Positions 1-8,729 of a DNA stretch of 44,683 bases are shown here, piece by piece (position 1 is the stretch's first letter; each line of letters begins with the position of its first letter). Source of the DNA: Bacteroidota bacterium (lineage in GTDB: Bacteria; Bacteroidota; Ignavibacteria; Kryptoniales; JAKASW01); assembly GCA_021818875.1 (NCBI GenBank), contig JAKASW010000002.1, positions 1 through 44,683 of the forward strand, given 5' to 3'. Made by a program: the position numbers and the translations under genes. The notes beneath the pieces were generated by a model. It had not been told where the DNA came from. It saw only the letters and a list, made by a program, of their open reading frames with translations, and did no database searches.

Positions 1-100
1 TCCCACGGTTATGCTGGATGAGTCGAGAGGAAATATCTTCAGCCGAGCCATAGTAATAAGTACCATCCTTCAGACTCTGAAGAACATAGGTGTAGTACCT
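1..100 (-). CDS. GIY-YIG nuclease-family protein, N-terminal part (runs off window; no start codon found)
   Basis: Minus-strand translation of 100..2 reads RYYTYVLQSLKDGTYYYGSAEDISSRLIQHNRG, a GIY-YIG type motif (Y.Y.L...G..YYG...R...H). The frame stays open to position 1. In-frame codons upstream (GCG, TCC, CTC) run directly into the tRNA 3' end at 103 without ATG/GTG/TTG. Confidence 0.45.
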
Positions 101-102
101 CG

Positions 103-189
103 CGGAGAGGGAGGGATTCGAACCCTCGATACACCGAAGCGTATTCCGGTTTTCAAGACCGGTCGATTCAACCACTCTCGCACCTCTCC
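103..189 (-). tRNA. tRNA-Ser (anticodon UGA), type II with long variable arm
   Basis: Reverse complement is GGAGAGGTGCGAGAGTGGTTGAATCGACCGGTCTTGAAAACCGGAATACGCTTCGGTGTATCGAGGGTTCGAATCCCTCCCTCTCCG. It has a 7-bp acceptor stem GGAGAGG/CCTCTCC, anticodon stem CCGGT/ACCGG with loop CTTGAAA, a long extra arm, and T-arm GAGGG-TTCGAAT-CCCTC. CCA is not encoded. Confidence 0.9.
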
Positions 190-809
190 ATGCAAATACT
201 TTCCAAATCCGCGGTTCCGTTGCCAAAAGACAACCACGTTTTTGTCGAACTTGCTCCGAAAGTCTCTACTGAGTGCCACACTCGGTAGCAGATTCTTCTC
301 ACTCTCGCTTTTCAATGAACGTTCCATTTACGTTATCTATCCGCTTCTGCTTCTATGCAATCGGCCGAAGGGAAAATATAAAGTCCTCAGAATGAAAGTC
401 GGAAGTCTCGGATGCGGCAAACTGCAATAGTAAATTACTAAAGCCCGTTACATCATGCAACACGGGCAAGATTAGCGATGCTTCTTCCCACCCGGATTTG
501 ACTCTAGTGTAAGTAATCTAATTTCGGGAGCCATCAGCGCGACAAGTGGTTGCAGATAGAGAAATAATCTGAATGCTTCTGAGGTCTCGATCAATCATCA
601 GTACCCCCATAGAATTCAATGCCTCTCCTGAAATTAATCGTGATATACTCTTTACATATCGCGCTGCTTTGAGGTCAACTTTGGCGAGGAAGAACACACT
701 CGTCTGCAATGTGTTCAAGGAGTCAAATCCTGTAGATCAACTTGGCAACTGACAACAAACGGTTCCTTGGTGCCGCGCCAATAGTATGATCTATGCGGGA
801 AACAAAGGC

Positions 810-1781
810 CTACCAACCATCGATGGCCACCAGCCACTCCCCGTTGACTAGATGAGGATCGACAGTATGCATCCCGTGAGCATTCCAACCGTTCTTTGTT
901 GCTTTGTCCATCTCAAATTGGGAGATCTGCCGCTCCTGGTAGGAAGACTTGGTTATCTCAGTAACCTGGAAAGCCAGAACTTGGAGTCCATATAACGGTT
1001 CATCATCCTGAGCAAAACGATAGAGATTTCCGTCTAGTTCGATCAATCGTCCGCCAGGTCTGGCAATGTGTTTGTTTAGCTTTAAGAGCGGACTCCTGGG
1101 ATGTTGGTGCCATGGCCCTTTGAGTTCGTCGGCGTAGTACAGGTTCAAGACATCGCTGCCAGCAGTGGATACGAACATCCACCATGTACCTTGATACTGG
1201 ATAACGGAAGGATCTGCGAACCTGTACCCCTTCAGCAATTCATGCTCAAACTCCCACCGGCACGGGAATTCGATGGCCCTGTATAGCCTCACAGAAAAGT
1301 CCCAGCTGGATTCAGGTATCATATAGATTTCATTTTCATGTTTGAACACATAAGGATAAGATAGATGAAAAGGCTCGTCGAGTACCACTTGACGATATTT
1401 CCATTCACAGCCATCATCGCTGTCGGCTAGCCCGATTACTCCTTTTCGCTCTTTCGTGGTGAGGGCCTCGAAGAACAAATAGTATCTCGAATTATCGAGC
1501 AACATAAAGGGGTCAGCGACGAATGCTGCTTCGCAGTCTGTCACAGATTGAGCGGTCAGGACGGGATTCCGAACATTTTTCGGAGAATGGAGCCGAAACG
1601 GAGTTTGTCCGGAATAAATCCCGATAGACCACGGTTGCGATTGGGAAGTCCGTTTCCGATGAACTAGCTGTTGAAGCAATTTGTGTGGGAACACGCGGAA
1701 TCGGCCAGCGACAAACCCATAAGTAAAAGCCACGATCAGAATTAGGATCGCAGGCAACAACCAATTTAATTCCCTGGTCAT
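810..1781 (-). CDS. membrane-anchored GH43-like five-bladed beta-propeller protein (GINT1 N-terminal-like domain)
   Basis: 323-aa ORF with an N-terminal TM helix (LLPAILILIVAFTYGFVAG). The body carries repeated motifs (ADPFMLL, YYLFFE, YPYVF, IYMIPE, ADPSVIQYQGTWWMFVS, YYAD) that I recognise from propeller proteins found in polysaccharide loci. The family call is from memory. Confidence 0.5.
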   Translation of the reverse strand: MTRELNWLLPAILILIVAFTYGFVAGRFRVFPHKLLQQLVHRKRTSQSQPWSIGIYSGQTPFRLHSPKNVRNPVLTAQSVTDCEAAFVADPFMLLDNSRYYLFFEALTTKERKGVIGLADSDDGCEWKYRQVVLDEPFHLSYPYVFKHENEIYMIPESSWDFSVRLYRAIEFPCRWEFEHELLKGYRFADPSVIQYQGTWWMFVSTAGSDVLNLYYADELKGPWHQHPRSPLLKLNKHIARPGGRLIELDGNLYRFAQDDEPLYGLQVLAFQVTEITKSSYQERQISQFEMDKATKNGWNAHGMHTVDPHLVNGEWLVAIDGW

Positions 1782-2137
1782 TTAGGTAGAATCAGAATCT
1801 CTGCTCTAGTAACATATTTTCATAGGCCCCAGGCAGGCGGCAACTCGTTCAAGATAGCACACTTGCTTCTCGAAATCAAGAGGAAGGCATGTAGATGTTA
1901 ACTTGGTTTAAAAGATATTCCAGATAAAGAACGCAAAAAGATAGTGAAGGGTTCAACAAGATTGCGCTCGGAAGTTTATCGCGCCCTTTGACTTGGCGAG
2001 CTTTGTGTGCCACCACGCCGACGTTTCGGCATGCAGGTATAATACCGAACTACCCTATGGCCTGTACGCATGTAAAGGAAGCGCGAGATCGAAATTATTC
2101 GCACTCTCTCAGCAGTTCTTCCGGACTCTGAATCCGG

Positions 2138-2755
2138 CTAATCGAGTCTCTTGAAGATTGCGTAGTACGGACCCAAGGGAAGTATGCGGGAAACCTGCCC
2201 GGGCCTTAATCCCACGAGGTCTGACTGAATGTCCTGGGGAAAAGTATGTACGTCAATTTCTCCAAGGTCTCCTCCCCGCAACGTGGAGTTCGGCAGAGAA
2301 TTCATCTGGGCAAGCGAGTCGAAACTGGCGCCGGCTTTCAGAATGGCTTTGATGGAATCAGCCTGCGACTCGGTTAAAAAGACCATTTGTGCCAGGTGCA
2401 CCATGATAGGCGGATTAGCGATGACATGGGCTACCTGGATAATTCTCATCTGAACCGGTACATTGTTGTCCAACGGGGGGGAGTATTTCCATCGCTCGAT
2501 AATGCCTGCTGCAGCAGAATCCCACGCTGGATCTCCGCTCGAGTTGAGGAGGCACACTCGTTTTACCGAGCCATCCTTTGCAATGAGCAATTCAGTCTTC
2601 AGGAATAGATCTTTGCTTCCGTGGGGAGGAACCGGTAAAGCGGGCTTTTCTAGCAAGGTTGGTGGAGTTATTCTCCCTTCCATTGTCCCAAATATTGCAC
2701 ACCCGGAAAACGTCACCGCGAAAGCAACTGCGAACAACCCAATGAATTGTTTCAT
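2138..2755 (-). CDS. lipoprotein with TonB C-terminal-like domain fused to parvulin-type PPIase domain
   Basis: Signal plus lipobox MKQFIGLFAVAFAVTFSGC. The middle segment DGSVKRVCLLNSSGDPAWDSAAAGIIERWKYSPP resembles TonB_C. The C-terminus GGDLGEIDVHTFPQDIQSDLVGLRPGQVSRILPLGPYYAIFK resembles PpiC/parvulin rotamase. Confidence 0.6.
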   Translation of the reverse strand: MKQFIGLFAVAFAVTFSGCAIFGTMEGRITPPTLLEKPALPVPPHGSKDLFLKTELLIAKDGSVKRVCLLNSSGDPAWDSAAAGIIERWKYSPPLDNNVPVQMRIIQVAHVIANPPIMVHLAQMVFLTESQADSIKAILKAGASFDSLAQMNSLPNSTLRGGDLGEIDVHTFPQDIQSDLVGLRPGQVSRILPLGPYYAIFKRLD

Positions 2756-2999
2756 TCTTCCCCCTTTTTTCAGTTTGAATTCATCATAACTTTACGAAAA
2801 ATCGCCCGCAAAAGCAACTTCTATCCCGTGTTAGTAGTGGGCTACTTAGGGATGAGTCCGAGCACGAATTACACGAATTTTGACTTCGTGCAAACCGAAT
2901 AAAACGAGTCACGTCTGAGATTCGTGCCATCGGTCGGATTGAGTTCGTTCGTGATATTAGTGTTCAAAATAGCCCGCTGTCCCCGCGTTCTTCAGACTC

Positions 3000-3060
3000 C
3001 AGGCTGGAAAAAGCCTGCTTACAGGAAATAGTAATAACTTCAGGAGGGAAATGACTCCTG
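3000..3060 (-). terminator. two stem-loops downstream of GH18-1 (candidate terminators)
   Basis: CAGGCT-GGAAAA-AGCCTG at 3000-3017 and CAGGAG-GGAAATGA-CTCCTG at 3041-3060, about 60-120 nt past the stop of the minus-strand GH18 gene. No clean U-run. Confidence 0.35.
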
Positions 3061-3121
3061 CAAAGAATAACCTCCTGGCCCGATTCATAGACATCGCTAA
3101 ATGACCCAGGACCATTTGATA

Positions 3122-4531
3122 CTATTTTATTAGCATTAACTTCCTCGTCACAGCCGACGCCCCGACCTGGAGCCTATAAAAATACACGCCGCTGGGAAGA
3201 TCGCTTCCGTTGAAATCCACAGAGTAATCTCCCGAGTTCTCCGTCCCATCAACAAGTGTCGCTATAATTCTACCGAGAACATCATAGACCGCAAGTTTGA
3301 CGTTACCGGGCTCCAGTAAACGATAGCTGATAGTCGTGGTCGGGTTGAAGGGATTCGGAAAATTCTGAGACAGGAAAAAACTTTCAGGGGCTTGCGGTGG
3401 CACCGTGATGCTAAGAGTGCCGTGCAAGAACTCATTTGTAACGTCGAGGAAGGGATTAGTGCCGGTTTTCGGATCGTAACTCATACCGATTTCGTAGATC
3501 ATCAACCCGCCTAAACCTGTCGAGTCCACGTAGGCAAGCTTTGCCTTTAGTGCGTTGGTGTCGTCATACGATAAGAACCAATCGGCTGTAGCGACAGTTG
3601 TATCGAAACTCAGGTAACCTTCCTCGGCCGAGCTGTCCCAGTGATATAGACTTGGCTTGTAGTACTTTGACATTATGGTTGTGTACGGAATGTCTTGCCT
3701 GAAATTCGTTACGAGGCTTATCGACTGAAAAGGACCGGTGATGCCTTCCCAATATTCACCGCCAGGCTCACAGCCGATAGCTATCTTAGAAGCAGGGACA
3801 CCGACAGACTCGTACCTCTGTACCACGCTATTGATCGAATTCGTTGGGGTTTTATTGTCGAATGCTTCAACGTGGCCGCCAGAGTAAATCGGCGACGAAA
3901 AGTCGGAAAGCCAACCGGGGGAAGGATAACCCATTCCGTACGTCATAAGACCAACCTGGTCGAGGTAGCTCTGGACGGAACCGTAGACCTGGTACGAATT
4001 CCCGCTTGTAGCCGTGAGCAAATACTGAGGTCGTGGCAACCCCTTCCGCAGCGCGATTATCAGGTTTTTCCATTGGGTTGTGTCTTGCGGTTCAAGGAAT
4101 TCCCAATCCACATCGATTCCGTCGAATCCCTCAGTCTGTACGAAATTCTTCAGACTGTCTACAAACACCGGCAAATTTGCCGAATCTGATGCCACCTGGA
4201 AAAGAGACTCGGTATTGGCGGAGCCTACTGTGCAGATCACCTTTACGCCTGCAGCGTGAGCGGCGGAAATAATCTTACGAATGCTTCCGGTGTACTCCCA
4301 TCCCGTCACAAAAAAAGGTGAGGCAGTACTCGGATTTATTGCCATCCAGTCAAGGACCGTCATTCCACTGAAGTCTATTTTCGATATGGGATACGGCCCG
4401 TTGTCATCCTGATTTACTTCCCAGTTTCCAATATAACACCGTATCATGGGGCGCGTCGCTGCTGTAGCAAAGGATGCCATGAAGAACACGATGAAAGATA
4501 ATTCAAAAACCCGTTTCAAAGTGTTGATCAC
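3122..4531 (-). CDS. secreted GH18 glycoside hydrolase (chitinase-like) with T9SS (Por) C-terminal sorting domain
   Basis: GH18 DxxDxDxE motif DGIDVDWE. The C-terminal roughly 85 aa (FPNPFNPTTTISYRL...GVYFYRLQ...KLMLIK) is a classical Por_Secre_tail. I place the start at GTG 4531, with GGAGG 5 nt upstream, which gives signal peptide MINTLKRVFELSFIVFFMASFATAA. The track ORF extends to 4651. Confidence 0.85.
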   Translation of the reverse strand: MINTLKRVFELSFIVFFMASFATAATRPMIRCYIGNWEVNQDDNGPYPISKIDFSGMTVLDWMAINPSTASPFFVTGWEYTGSIRKIISAAHAAGVKVICTVGSANTESLFQVASDSANLPVFVDSLKNFVQTEGFDGIDVDWEFLEPQDTTQWKNLIIALRKGLPRPQYLLTATSGNSYQVYGSVQSYLDQVGLMTYGMGYPSPGWLSDFSSPIYSGGHVEAFDNKTPTNSINSVVQRYESVGVPASKIAIGCEPGGEYWEGITGPFQSISLVTNFRQDIPYTTIMSKYYKPSLYHWDSSAEEGYLSFDTTVATADWFLSYDDTNALKAKLAYVDSTGLGGLMIYEIGMSYDPKTGTNPFLDVTNEFLHGTLSITVPPQAPESFFLSQNFPNPFNPTTTISYRLLEPGNVKLAVYDVLGRIIATLVDGTENSGDYSVDFNGSDLPSGVYFYRLQVGASAVTRKLMLIK

Positions 4532-5269
4532 CAATCCCTCCAAATAGATTTCTCGACGTGAATGTCCATTTCCGATGTTGAGGCCAGGAGAATGTGTGTC
4601 ATGATAATCTGGAAAATAATCCGTAGCGACATTCTGGATCGCCTCGTGCAATCCAGAAGTGAAGTTAAGTCAGTCTCACAAAAGAAGAAACATAAACCCG
4701 TGACGATCTCGATTCAATCTGAATACGTAATTGGCACCTGGTTCGTTTAAGTTGACACTTAAAACCTGAACGCTCTCCTTGTTCTCTAAGTTCACGGAAT
4801 AACCGTGGCTATCGAATCAATCGCTGAACCTTAAGAGCATAAACTAAACTCGACCTGTCTTGCAACTCCTGTCATCGACTTGCACATCTTCTCAGGAACC
4901 CAGGGAACATCGATATGGGTACGCACGCTGTTGAGAGGCGGGCGTTGCAGTTCCTATCCCATGTGTCTCAAGTCACATGCCGCCGAAACTACTTAAACAC
5001 GTTCCCCTTGGGCCATGATGGTAGCAAATATTGCAAGGTAGATGAAATATTTACGCCTGACTTCCGCGATAGCAGTCATGAAGCACCGATTGCCGACCAA
5101 CCTAAACTCTGATTAGAGGGCCGCCATGGAGGTGACGGAGAAAAACGCCATCTTCCTTAATATCCCGGTAACCGCCGGGGTTGACCTGTAGGCATCGGTC
5201 GATTGAGAACCGTACCCCGGGTTGCGTTCATGGAAATGATTTCTGAGACGCCTGCGACGGGTTCGGAAT

Positions 5270-6382
5270 TTATCTTCCCAGATACTTCTTGGTAACTTCG
5301 AGGAATGGGTTGATGCCGGTTTTCGGATCGTAACTCATGCCTATTTCGTAGATCATCAAGCCACCTAAACCCGTTGAGTCTACATAATTAAGCTTTGCCT
5401 TTAGTGCCCTGGGGTCGTCATAAGATAGGAACCAATCGTCTGTGGTGACAGTTGTATCAAAGCTCAGGTATCCTTCCTGTGCCGAGTTGTCCCAGTGATA
5501 GAGATACGGATTATAGTACTTTGACATTATGGTGGTGTACGGTATGTCCTGCCTGAAATTAATAACGTTAGTAATTGCCTGAAACGGACCGGTGATGCCG
5601 CCCCAGTATTCACCTCCCGGCTCGCAACCGATGGCAATCTTAGAAGCTGGCACGCCGACGGACTCATACCCGCGAACCACGTTGTCGATTGAATTCGTAG
5701 GGGTCTTGTTGTCGAATGGCTCGACGTGGCCGCCAGAGTAAATCGGCGAGGAGAAGTCGGAAAGGTAACCGCCGGAAGGATAACCCATTCCGTATGTCAT
5801 AAGACCGACCTGGTCGAGGTAACTTTGGACCGTACCATAGACCTGGTAGGAATTTCCGCTTGTAGACGTGAGCAGATACCGAGGGCGTGGCAACGCCCGT
5901 CTCAGTGCGATTATCAGGTTCTTCCACTGAGTCGTGTCTCGCGGTTCAAGCGGCTCCCAATCCACGTCGATACCGTCAAGTCCTTCGGCCACCAAAAAAT
6001 TCTTCAGGCTGTCGACGAACGCAGGCAGATTTTTCGGGTTTGACGCTACCAGGAAGCGTGACTCCGTAGCAGCAGAGCCGAGCGTGCAAATCACCTTTAC
6101 TCCGGCAGCATGTGCTCTTCTTACAATTTTTTCTATACTTCCAGAGTATTCCCATCCATTGACAAAAAACGGTGACGTCATAGCAGGATCTATTGCCATC
6201 CAATCCAGAACCGTCATTCCACTGAAGTCTATCTTCGATATCGGGTATGGCCCGTTATCGTTCTGATTTACTTCCCAGTTTCCAATGTAACACCGTATCA
6301 TGGGACGCGTCGCGCCCTTCACTGAGCACGCAAGGATCAGTGTTTGGAACAATATTGCAGACAAGAGTTTACGTACGGTCAA
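5270..6382 (-). CDS. GH18 glycoside hydrolase paralogue, probable lipoprotein, no T9SS tail
   Basis: Motif DGIDVDWE. Colinear and roughly 80-90 percent identical by eye to 3122..4531, but it ends right after the catalytic domain. Likely start is TTG 6382 (GGAGG 7 nt upstream), giving MTVRKLLSAILFQTLILAC. The track ORF extends to 6424. It lies 51 nt (from this start) downstream of the GT4 stop at 6434. Confidence 0.85.
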   Translation of the reverse strand: MTVRKLLSAILFQTLILACSVKGATRPMIRCYIGNWEVNQNDNGPYPISKIDFSGMTVLDWMAIDPAMTSPFFVNGWEYSGSIEKIVRRAHAAGVKVICTLGSAATESRFLVASNPKNLPAFVDSLKNFLVAEGLDGIDVDWEPLEPRDTTQWKNLIIALRRALPRPRYLLTSTSGNSYQVYGTVQSYLDQVGLMTYGMGYPSGGYLSDFSSPIYSGGHVEPFDNKTPTNSIDNVVRGYESVGVPASKIAIGCEPGGEYWGGITGPFQAITNVINFRQDIPYTTIMSKYYNPYLYHWDNSAQEGYLSFDTTVTTDDWFLSYDDPRALKAKLNYVDSTGLGGLMIYEIGMSYDPKTGINPFLEVTKKYLGR

Positions 6383-6433
6383 AAGAGTACCTCCGACACT
6401 TCTTGATTCATTGAGCCAGCACAAGATCTCCGC

Positions 6434-7591
6434 TCACTTCTTACCATGATTTCCTGTCGCACGGAATTTTGAAACGGTGTCCTCAACTATGTCTCTCACT
6501 GTTTCGACGAAATTTTCCAGCGTTAAATTTTCCTCTACGAACTTCCTTCCTTCTCGTCCCATTTGATTCGGAATCTCGGGATGTTCCCACCAATATTCAA
6601 TCGCTTCGCGAAGTGCCTTCGGGTCTCCCTGCGGCACGTAGATACCTGTCTTTCCTTCCTCTATTACGTCTCGTTGACCTCTGGTGAGCGAGCACATCAC
6701 TCCCTTTCCCATCGCCATCGCTTCTGTTATCGCATGCGTACCCTGATCGGAGTCCGTCGGTAATAGAGGCACAACCACGAATCTCGATCGAGCATAGAGC
6801 TCTCTCAACTTCGCATGACTCAAAGCTCCGGCGGTGACGTTCGGGGGGAGTGAAGTATCGCTATTGTACACCACCTTCACTGTATCATACACTTTCCTGC
6901 TCCCAGGTGAGGAACCGGTAGCCAGATGACACTTGATGTCAGTGCCTCGCAGCGCTTCGATAAGAGTAGGATAGTCTCTCATTTCCTGTCCGACGGCGCA
7001 AATCGTATCGGTTTCGCCTGGCATTGGTCGATAGAATTTTGTATCGACGAATTGGGGAATCATCCTGATCTTCTCTTCGGGTATGCCGAGCTTGTTTATT
7101 GCGAGGTCGCGATGAGTAGAAGTCCACAGGCACAATGTGGAGATGTAAGGATGTACCATCTTGAGAAGCGGCTCCTTTTTAGATCCTGACGGCCAATACA
7201 TCATCGCAACGTGTGGAAATTTTGAACGAGTGAGCTTCAGCAGGAGAGCAAAAAGGAGAGCGTTTTTGTCCGACCATGATACGACCACGTCAAATTTCTT
7301 CTTTATGATGAACGTCTCCGTGATCTGGGCGATGAATGCTGGCACAAGCTTATACAGCGTCCTTCTCCACCACGGTGGGGTGTGGGAAAGGTAATCTTCA
7401 TTAATCAGCGTCGTGCGTAATGTCCGGTTGAAGAGCATACCTCGTGGTATTTCACCTCGCTCTTCTCTTTCAGGGTCGTATTGTGGAATTCCACTGGAAA
7501 TCAGCAATACCGGTCTAACCTTGATTGGCCTTAACTCGGCCTCGGTATCGTCCGGTTTCTGCTGCTCATCTATTTTTACGTCCGTAAACAC
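6434..7591 (-). CDS. glycosyltransferase family 4 (GT-B), paralogue A
   Basis: C-terminal GT4 signature VVVPLLPTDSDQGTHAITEAMAMGKGVMCS...GKTGIYVPQGDP. GTG start with GAGGAGG 5 nt upstream. Roughly 70-75 percent identical by eye to 8726..9958. Confidence 0.85.
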   Translation of the reverse strand: MFTDVKIDEQQKPDDTEAELRPIKVRPVLLISSGIPQYDPEREERGEIPRGMLFNRTLRTTLINEDYLSHTPPWWRRTLYKLVPAFIAQITETFIIKKKFDVVVSWSDKNALLFALLLKLTRSKFPHVAMMYWPSGSKKEPLLKMVHPYISTLCLWTSTHRDLAINKLGIPEEKIRMIPQFVDTKFYRPMPGETDTICAVGQEMRDYPTLIEALRGTDIKCHLATGSSPGSRKVYDTVKVVYNSDTSLPPNVTAGALSHAKLRELYARSRFVVVPLLPTDSDQGTHAITEAMAMGKGVMCSLTRGQRDVIEEGKTGIYVPQGDPKALREAIEYWWEHPEIPNQMGREGRKFVEENLTLENFVETVRDIVEDTVSKFRATGNHGKK

Positions 7592-7757
7592 GGTTTCCTC
7601 CTCATATTATTGTTTGTGACAAAAATGCTCCTCCTTGCCCATCCATTTCGTGAATCAGTCCTCTGCATGACCCTCTTTCTTCGTTGCAGGAAATGGCCTT
7701 CGTACAGGTGCAGTCCCGTTACTGCTAATCATCTCAATTGCCGTTATAACGCTGCAA

Positions 7758-8729
7758 TTAGATCCTGACATATATGATCAAAGTCGCCACGGCTACCCAT
7801 AGGAAAAGATTGACGATAAGCGAAGTATCGGTAAGCAATGTCTTTGCCACGTCTTCTCCTCCTGCCTTCTTTTCCGTCAAATACAGATACCGAAATATCC
7901 CGTAGAGAACGAAAGGAACGGTGTAAATAAGATGGCGGGTTCCGAATTTCTCGACAGTCTGTGAAGAAATGGTATATAGTGCGTAGCACATAACGGTAGT
8001 TGCAGTCACAATGCTGATCATCTGGTCGAGGAAGTGCGCACTATAGTGTCCGAGGACTGAGCGCGTCTGACTCGATCCGCCAGTTACTGTGACCAGTTCC
8101 GTCGATCTTTTGCTGAATCCCAAAAACAGGGACAACAACAGGGTGCAGAGGATCAACCATTCAGAAATGGGGACATGGATGAGCACCCCGCCGCCGATTA
8201 CTCTAAGCACGAATCCCGAAGCGATGCAAATGACGTCAAGTATCACCACGTTTTTGAGGCCGCGAGAGTAAGAAACATTTATCAGAACGTAGAGAGAAAC
8301 CACGATCCCGAACGAGAGGTTCAGAGCAAATGCCATTATCAAGCCCCCGACCACAAGGACAGCAGCGGCGCCAGCCGCGAGAGCTTTTGAAAGCAGTCCG
8401 GCCGGCAGGGGGCGGCTTGATTTGGTGGGATGCAAACGATCCTGCTCGATGTCCGATATATCGTTATACAAATAGACTGCGCTCGAGACGAGTGAGAACG
8501 AAAGGAATCCCAAAGCTGTGGTCATTAGATCGCCGACGTCCATCAGATGTCCGCCAAAGATGAGAGCGGCGAAGATAAAGAGATTCTTTATCCACTGAAC
8601 CGGTCTGAGTGAGACCACGAGATATTTGAGCTGCTCGGTAAATGGAATTGGTGAAGAGGCTATTTCTGTCTCTTGACTAACGGATCTGGCATCCAGCTCG
8701 GTTGGCTGTTCCATTATGGATATTCTCAC
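7758..8729 (-). CDS. UbiA-family prenyltransferase, decaprenyl-phosphate phosphoribosyltransferase (DPPR synthase)-like
   Basis: Multi-TM 323-aa ORF with RPVQWIKNLFIFAALIFGG and the Asp-rich motif YLYNDISDIEQDRLHPTKSSRPLPAG, typical of the Rv3806c-like clade. GTG start overlaps the upstream GT4 stop (GTGA). Confidence 0.75.
   Translation of the reverse strand: MRISIMEQPTELDARSVSQETEIASSPIPFTEQLKYLVVSLRPVQWIKNLFIFAALIFGGHLMDVGDLMTTALGFLSFSLVSSAVYLYNDISDIEQDRLHPTKSSRPLPAGLLSKALAAGAAAVLVVGGLIMAFALNLSFGIVVSLYVLINVSYSRGLKNVVILDVICIASGFVLRVIGGGVLIHVPISEWLILCTLLLSLFLGFSKRSTELVTVTGGSSQTRSVLGHYSAHFLDQMISIVTATTVMCYALYTISSQTVEKFGTRHLIYTVPFVLYGIFRYLYLTEKKAGGEDVAKTLLTDTSLIVNLFLWVAVATLIIYVRI

Noticed and set aside
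518-718. A 66-aa minus-strand ORF and the 600-bp region next to tRNA-Ser as a possible small gene or integrated-element remnant.
   Set aside because: There is no family motif, no SD, and no repeat of the tRNA 3' end in the window. The hairpin GCCCGT-N13-ACGGGC at 443-468 is noted but unassigned.
4652-5269. ORF 4915..5112 (65 aa) and possible genes in the gap between the two GH18 paralogues.
   Set aside because: The ORF has no ribosome-binding site or family resemblance. The gap is more likely promoter/terminator space created by the duplication.
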